Shown here one piece after another: positions 59,004-64,000 of a DNA stretch of 64,000 nucleotides. Under the pieces are notes generated by a model. The model ran no database searches and was not told the origin of the DNA. It was given only the letters and a program-made list of their open reading frames with translations. The number at the start of each line of letters is the position of its first letter. The stretch's first letter is position 1. A program made the translations under genes and the position numbers. The DNA comes from an uncultured Gammaproteobacteria bacterium (lineage in GTDB: Bacteria > Patescibacteriota > Microgenomatia > Levybacterales > UBA12049), in contig CAYYSJ010000001.1 of NCBI GenBank assembly GCA_964474445.1, positions 270,530-334,529 of the forward strand. Reading direction: 5' to 3'.

Positions 59004-60464
59004 TTACCGGAGTTTTTGCTGAAGATATGCTATAACATCTTCGATTTTTACTCGTTCTTGCTTGGCAGTGTCACGATCTCTAATAGTCACAGCGTTATCA
59101 TTGAGCGTTTCAAAATCAATCGTCACACAAAATGGTGTGCCAATTTCATCTTGTGCTAAGTATCTCTTCCCAATATTGCCCCTGTCATCCCATTGCACTT
59201 TGCCATCAATATTGTCTTGTACTAGCTCTAACACTTCACGAGCCTTTGCAACAAGCTCAGGCTTATTCGACAGGAGTGGGAAAACTGCAGCCTTTATCGG
59301 TGCCAAATGAGCAGGAAGTTTGAGCACTATCCTGTTCTCCTCCTCAGTGTATGCATCAGCAAGCACTGCAAGCATAAGCCTATTGATACCAACTGCGGGT
59401 TCAATAACATGAGGCAATATTTTTTCACCAGTTTGCGGATCGGTTACTTGCAAATCTTTTCTTGAATACTCCTGATGTTGCATCAGGTCATAATTTGTCC
59501 GGTAGGCAAGCCCCCACAATTCTTTGGTACCAAATGGAAATGCATACTCCAAATCCTCAGTTCGTTTACTGTAGAATGACCTTTCTTCATCAGTATGTGG
59601 TCTCCAGCGAAGTTTTTCTTCACGTATTCCTAATTTCTTTGTTGCAAAATCCCACATGTCTTTTTTCCACTCCTCAAAAAGACTCTCCCAATTCGTCTTT
59701 TCCGGATCAAAGAAATACTCTATCTCACCTTGCTCAAATTCAATTGTCCGAAAAATGGAATTTCCTGGAGTAATCTCATTTCTGAATGACTTACCAATTT
59801 GTGCAATACCAAATGGAAGTTTTACTCGTGTTGAGTTCATCACATTCTGAAAATTAATAAACATCCCTTGTGCTGTCTCACCTCGAAGATATCCTGATCC
59901 GCCTTCACCTTCGACAAGGCCTAACTGGACCGGAAAAAGCTGATTAAATTTTCTCACAGAAGTCCATTCATGCTTTTTACAATTTGGACATTCCACTCCA
60001 AAAAGCTTAATGAATTCATCGTATTGTTCAACAGTCCATCCTTCAACCTTTCCTGTTCCAAATGCTTTATCTAAATCTTCACGTGTTATTGTTTTCCCAT
60101 GATCAACAGTATTTCTTGCATCTTTATGCTGTTCAATCCAATCTTCTATCAAGTGATCGGCCCTGATACGAAGTTTGCAGTTTTTACAGTCAACCATTGC
60201 ATCAGCAAATGATGCGACATGACCTGAAGCTTCCCAAATTCTGTGATGAGAAATAATACTGGCATCAAGGCCAACCATGTCTGCTCGTTTAGTAACAAAT
60301 GTTTGCCACCACAAATTTTTTATGTTACGAAGTAAATCTGCACCCATTGGCCCATAATCATAGGTATTTGCTAACCCACCGTACAGATCTGAACCAGGAT
60401 AGAAAAACCCTCGCCGTTTTGCTAGCGCTACTAACTTATCCATTAAATTCTCTGTTTGTTGCAT
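59004..60464 (-). CDS. glyQS: Glycine-tRNA ligase, alpha2 (eukaryote-like) type
   Basis: KRRGF, YDYGP.G, LRGETAQG, GKSFRNEITP, EFEQ.E.E, HVIEPAVG, DEIGTP. Confidence 0.98.
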   Translation of the reverse strand: MQQTENLMDKLVALAKRRGFFYPGSDLYGGLANTYDYGPMGADLLRNIKNLWWQTFVTKRADMVGLDASIISHHRIWEASGHVASFADAMVDCKNCKLRIRADHLIEDWIEQHKDARNTVDHGKTITREDLDKAFGTGKVEGWTVEQYDEFIKLFGVECPNCKKHEWTSVRKFNQLFPVQLGLVEGEGGSGYLRGETAQGMFINFQNVMNSTRVKLPFGIAQIGKSFRNEITPGNSIFRTIEFEQGEIEYFFDPEKTNWESLFEEWKKDMWDFATKKLGIREEKLRWRPHTDEERSFYSKRTEDLEYAFPFGTKELWGLAYRTNYDLMQHQEYSRKDLQVTDPQTGEKILPHVIEPAVGINRLMLAVLADAYTEEENRIVLKLPAHLAPIKAAVFPLLSNKPELVAKAREVLELVQDNIDGKVQWDDRGNIGKRYLAQDEIGTPFCVTIDFETLNDNAVTIRDRDTAKQERVKIEDVIAYLQQKLR

Positions 60465-60500
60465 ATTATTATCCTATCAGAACTCAAACAGGTTTTCCAC

Positions 60501-60600
60501 AAAAAAACCCGTCCTTTTCAAGGGACGAGCTGCGTCGTGGTTCCACCCTTTTTACTTCTCTTTGCTGTAGCTCTAGGTTGCCAAGCCTTTCATCGCTACA
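60501..60600 (-). ncRNA. Glycine T-box riboswitch, minimal transcriptional type
   Basis: AAGGG-UGGAACC-ACGA...UCGU-CCCUU antiterminator, overlapping terminator plus U7, Stem I UGUAGC/GCUACA with GA K-turn motif and GGC in loop; directly upstream of glyQS. Confidence 0.88.
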
Positions 60601-60605
60601 AAATA

Positions 60606-60635
60606 ACTATATCATACCGAATAAACCTGTGTCAA
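60606..60635 (-). promoter_or_regulatory. Sigma70-type promoter of the T-box/glyQS transcript
   Basis: TTGACA(60630-35)-18 nt-TATAGT(60606-11) with extended TG; predicted start near 60600. Confidence 0.7.
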
Positions 60636-60675
60636 TTTTCTTGACAATCACCATGATTTTGTATATTAACAAGAT

Positions 60676-61401
60676 ATGTCCTCCTACGGTAAGGTATTAC
60701 CAACTTTTTACGATGCATTCATGGGGGATGAGAGTCGGATCATTCTCCCTTTAAAACAACTTCTTAAAAAGCACAATGTTAAACCAAAAAAAGTACTGGA
60801 AATAGGCTGCGGAACAGGCACTATTCTCGCATCTTTCCCTAAAACCACACGACTTTTCGGGCTGGACCTTTCCCAAGAAATGCTGAAAAGGGCAAAGAAA
60901 AAGCTTCCTCAGGCAACATTTTATCATGCAAACATGGCTGATTTTCACCTCTCGGTATCATGTGATCTGATTCTTTGCATGTTTGATGCAATCAATCACC
61001 TTAATTCCTGGAAAGAGTGGAAAAAAACATTTCAACATGTATCAGAGCATCTGACTCCAAAGGGGTACTTCATATTTGATATCAATTCTTTAGAAAGAAT
61101 GAAATATTTAACAAAATTAGGAGTGTATTTTGGTTACCCTATGGGAAACAATATTATGCTTACCCATAATACCTATACAAAGAAAAAAAATACTTTTGCT
61201 ATTTCTTTCAAAATGTTTCTCAAAGGAAAGGGAAATACTTACAACATAATTGATGAAGATGTTCTGGAAACAGGATTCCCCGTGGAAAAAATTAAAAAAG
61301 GGCTTCAAAAATATTTTGCCATTGAAGAACAATTTGATGTCGTTATGGAAAAATCTAATCTTAACTCAAAAAGAATCTTCTTTGTCTGTCGTAAGAAATA
61401 A
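60676..61401 (+). CDS. Class I SAM-dependent methyltransferase
   Basis: VLEIGCGTG, GLDLS.EML, DAINHL, HL.PKG.FIFD. Confidence 0.93.
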   Translation: MSSYGKVLPTFYDAFMGDESRIILPLKQLLKKHNVKPKKVLEIGCGTGTILASFPKTTRLFGLDLSQEMLKRAKKKLPQATFYHANMADFHLSVSCDLILCMFDAINHLNSWKEWKKTFQHVSEHLTPKGYFIFDINSLERMKYLTKLGVYFGYPMGNNIMLTHNTYTKKKNTFAISFKMFLKGKGNTYNIIDEDVLETGFPVEKIKKGLQKYFAIEEQFDVVMEKSNLNSKRIFFVCRKK

Positions 61402-61413
61402 GCCAATCTCCTG

Positions 61414-61445
61414 AAAAAAAAGATACCGTAAAAACGGTATCTTTT
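61414..61445. terminator. Bidirectional intrinsic terminator
   Basis: AAAAGATACCGT-AAAA-ACGGTATCTTTT perfect 12-bp stem between convergent genes. Confidence 0.85.
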
Positions 61446-61661
61446 CGTTTTCTTTATTAAGAAAACTTATGGTAATACAGATTGACTCATACCATTATGC
61501 TCTGATAAGTCAAGTAATTTGTCAATAAACCGAAAAAATAAACTTATAGACAAAATCACACCAGATATGACTAAATTTAATATATAACCTATAAATATTT
61601 AACAGGAGGACACATTCTTCCCCACGATAAGAACATTCTTTTCAGATAGAGTTGCCGTAGA

Positions 61662-62204
61662 TTACAGTAGTCTTGGAATAAGAGTACGAGTCTTGAGCTT
61701 TCGCTCTAAGATACCTTCTATAAGATAGGAGAGATTGGCATTCTGTAATTGTTGTCCTGGCGACCAATATCCAAGTGTTGTCAAAAGAGCCACTTCGAAC
61801 TCATGGATAAGAGGAGCTAGCTCTTCCTCATACTCCATTTTCTTCAACACATCATACAAAAGAGAAAATACGCGCGCATTTTCCTCATGAGGAGGACATA
61901 ATCCATCAACGAGCTCACATAAATGATATGCAAACCCTATTTTCCCCAAGTCCTCTTTCAGCAAGGAAAAACTTTCAAGAGCAACAACCTCAGTGAGTAC
62001 GGGCAATGCATGTCCTTTATACAGCGATAATGTGCACACATTTAAGGGTTCTATGTGCGAAGCGCGCTTACTCACAATTTTTCTCACACCTTTTGCTTTT
62101 ACTTGGATTTTCCCTAAGTCTTTTGTCAGGACGGTAATAATTCGATCTGCTTCACCAATATTCTGGCGCTTGAGGATAATACCATCAACACGAAAAGTTC
62201 TCAT
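61662..62204 (-). CDS. recO: DNA repair protein RecO
   Basis: GIILKR...GEADRI...T...GKI...AKGVRK..SKR, LL..LGY. Confidence 0.93.
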   Translation of the reverse strand: MRTFRVDGIILKRQNIGEADRIITVLTKDLGKIQVKAKGVRKIVSKRASHIEPLNVCTLSLYKGHALPVLTEVVALESFSLLKEDLGKIGFAYHLCELVDGLCPPHEENARVFSLLYDVLKKMEYEEELAPLIHEFEVALLTTLGYWSPGQQLQNANLSYLIEGILERKLKTRTLIPRLL

Positions 62205-62216
62205 AGCGGGTCTATT

Positions 62217-64000
62217 TTAGCGCAATTTCAAATTGAGTGTTTTATCAGTTTGCAGGATAAATTCGTTCATCTGATGACCTCCAACTTGCACAACATAATC
62301 CTGGCTATCTGTACCACCCTGCTTTTGAACCATCAGAGGAAGCACGGAGTTATTCGCAAGCTTAAATGGTAATTCGTAGGTAAGTGTATATGTTGCTGCT
62401 CCAAGAGGTCGTACAGTAAGGAACCCTTCAAAGACTGTCTTCCCCAAATCATCAGATGTCTTTACGCTTACTTCAGATCCTTGGGAACTCAAGAGTCTAC
62501 TTCCTTTTGGAACATATACTCGAAGCCAATCTCGCTGGATTGCATTCAAGCACAACCCACCACGCTCTAAGTTACAATCTGATGGAGGGAACGGATTCTT
62601 GTATGAAATCGTTACTGTCTTTGTGAGTGTTCCATCAGACTTGATGTCATAATTTTGTGTTACTGATTCTTTCAGGAAAAGATTCGATTTTGCACCACCA
62701 AAGTTTGTATCATTCACATGTAGATAATCACCATCAAAGGCCATAATTCTGCCGCTTGCATTCAGAGATTCAAGCCCACTTTGTGCGTCTGCATTATTCA
62801 TATCAAACAACACATGCTTTTGAGATACTTCTGTTATCATTGTCTGGAAAAGTGGACCCCAGTATTTCTTTGGAGAAGATTGGAATGCTTTTTGCATAAT
62901 TGCATACAAAAGGTCTCCCACAATACCTTTTCTATTTTGTTTAATGTAATTAACAGGAGTATCTGAATATTCCTCAAGAGCATAGATAACTTGTGCACAT
63001 TTACATCGTGGATCCGTCTGGGTAGTAAAGGTTGATCCATCAACTTCTACATCTCCCAACACACTCATTGCACTCACCAAGGCATGGGTATCAACAGCGA
63101 TAATTCCTTCAACTGGCACATATCCACCTGCTTGTTTATACATCGTATTGAAATTATTCATTGATTGAACGAAGTCAGGTGACAGATTGGTGTCTCGCAA
63201 GTTCCATTGTGGCACTTTTGGCAAATAAGTCAGAATGGGAGCTGGAGCAACCGGCTTATTTGCAATGGTTGCATCTAAGTTATAGATATCGTTTGAACTA
63301 TCAACATGAATAACACCATGCTCAAGTCTAAAAACTGCATAGGCAGTAATAAAGCCACCTGTTGGACGAAGTTCTTTATCATTTTGGAAGATCACTAAAT
63401 ACTTTTTTTCAGTTGGTTCTCCAAGCATTGAAGGCAGGACTTTAATAAGAGGCTTTGCTTGAGTAACAAATGTGGATGCTTCATCAACCCCAAGCTTAAG
63501 AGCTTTGAGATTATCTTGAATTTTCTGTCCACCAAACAGTGCAGGATAATGGTTTGGATCTACCGCATCAACTTCTTTTTGTACTAATACCAATTGGCTT
63601 CCTATTTCATCAATTTTGGGAGTCACCTTACTCATGGTCGTGACTGCTTTTTGAATTCTATCTTGGGCAGATCCACCGACAAAACTTCCCTGACCTTTTA
63701 GCCCCAAGACATCAGCATATGGTTTAATCGCATCAACTAAGATTTGTCCAGCATTTCGTCCATACACAGCAGCATTGACTAAATGTACTGCATCACTGTA
63801 ATAAAAGTTTGCAACAGGAACAAATGCTAGATACCCCATCCCTGCGAGTGCTTTTTGTGTTTTTTCAATTTCTGGCTTTGTCGCAGCAAGTTGTACAGAA
63901 GCATCTTCAACATTTTGTGTTTTTAATGCATTCAGAGCAAGCTTTGCCTGTACATATGTTTTTCTTGCCTGTGCAAATACTTGTATCCCCGGCAGCAGGA
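62217..64000 (-). CDS. DUF4012-domain protein, partial (start beyond the right edge)
   Basis: YLVIFQND.ELRPTGGF, RDTNLSPDF, GIIAVD, N.GGAKSN, RVYVPKGS. Confidence 0.88.
   Translation of the reverse strand, partial: LLPGIQVFAQARKTYVQAKLALNALKTQNVEDASVQLAATKPEIEKTQKALAGMGYLAFVPVANFYYSDAVHLVNAAVYGRNAGQILVDAIKPYADVLGLKGQGSFVGGSAQDRIQKAVTTMSKVTPKIDEIGSQLVLVQKEVDAVDPNHYPALFGGQKIQDNLKALKLGVDEASTFVTQAKPLIKVLPSMLGEPTEKKYLVIFQNDKELRPTGGFITAYAVFRLEHGVIHVDSSNDIYNLDATIANKPVAPAPILTYLPKVPQWNLRDTNLSPDFVQSMNNFNTMYKQAGGYVPVEGIIAVDTHALVSAMSVLGDVEVDGSTFTTQTDPRCKCAQVIYALEEYSDTPVNYIKQNRKGIVGDLLYAIMQKAFQSSPKKYWGPLFQTMITEVSQKHVLFDMNNADAQSGLESLNASGRIMAFDGDYLHVNDTNFGGAKSNLFLKESVTQNYDIKSDGTLTKTVTISYKNPFPPSDCNLERGGLCLNAIQRDWLRVYVPKGSRLLSSQGSEVSVKTSDDLGKTVFEGFLTVRPLGAATYTLTYELPFKLANNSVLPLMVQKQGGTDSQDYVVQVGGHQMNEFILQTDKTLNLKLR

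Noticed and set aside
60060-60150. Insertion in GlyRS between the CxxC pairs
   Set aside because: Lies in the known variable insertion domain; too short for an intein and lacks splice residues
60299-60754. Plus-strand ORFs over the glyQS leader
   Set aside because: Antisense to glyQS and the T-box; no protein-like features
1-64000. Alternative genetic code (UGA=Gly), rRNA/tRNA genes, CRISPR, intact transposase or integrase
   Set aside because: Conserved genes are full length under code 11 and several end in TGA; no such elements were recognised by eye

Overview
AT-rich bacterial chromosome window (standard code 11) whose gene content points to a Candidate Phyla Radiation/Patescibacteria genome, probably Microgenomates-like (inference from DUF5667, DUF4012, baeRF-like protein, alpha2-type GlyRS, compact genes). 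Layout: (1) 1-19 kb mixed accessory and housekeeping singletons; (2) 19.5-43.9 kb an expanded dcw cluster on the minus strand (mraZ-rsmH-ftsL-ftsI-murF-murE-murC-murA-two glmU-like-HAD-glmS-hydrolase-second murF-DegT-Fem-mraY-ftsW-murG-ftsQ-ftsA-ftsZ) with MraZ boxes; (3) 44-58.4 kb a probable island with a frameshifted BrnT-like/CopG toxin-antitoxin pair, a six-gene surface-glycan operon led by a ~1560-aa GT2-GT2-flippase-GT4 fusion, and three decayed peptide-coding repeats that each precede a gene or operon; (4) glyQS, a methyltransferase, recO and a partial DUF4012 gene. Best finding: a ~100-nt minimal glycine T-box riboswitch upstream of glyQS (35-nt Stem I with a GGC specifier in its apical loop, no Stem II/III, canonical antiterminator and terminator). 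Many genes look leaderless. No rRNA, tRNA, CRISPR array or intact transposase/integrase was seen. All family calls are from motif recognition by eye, without database searches.
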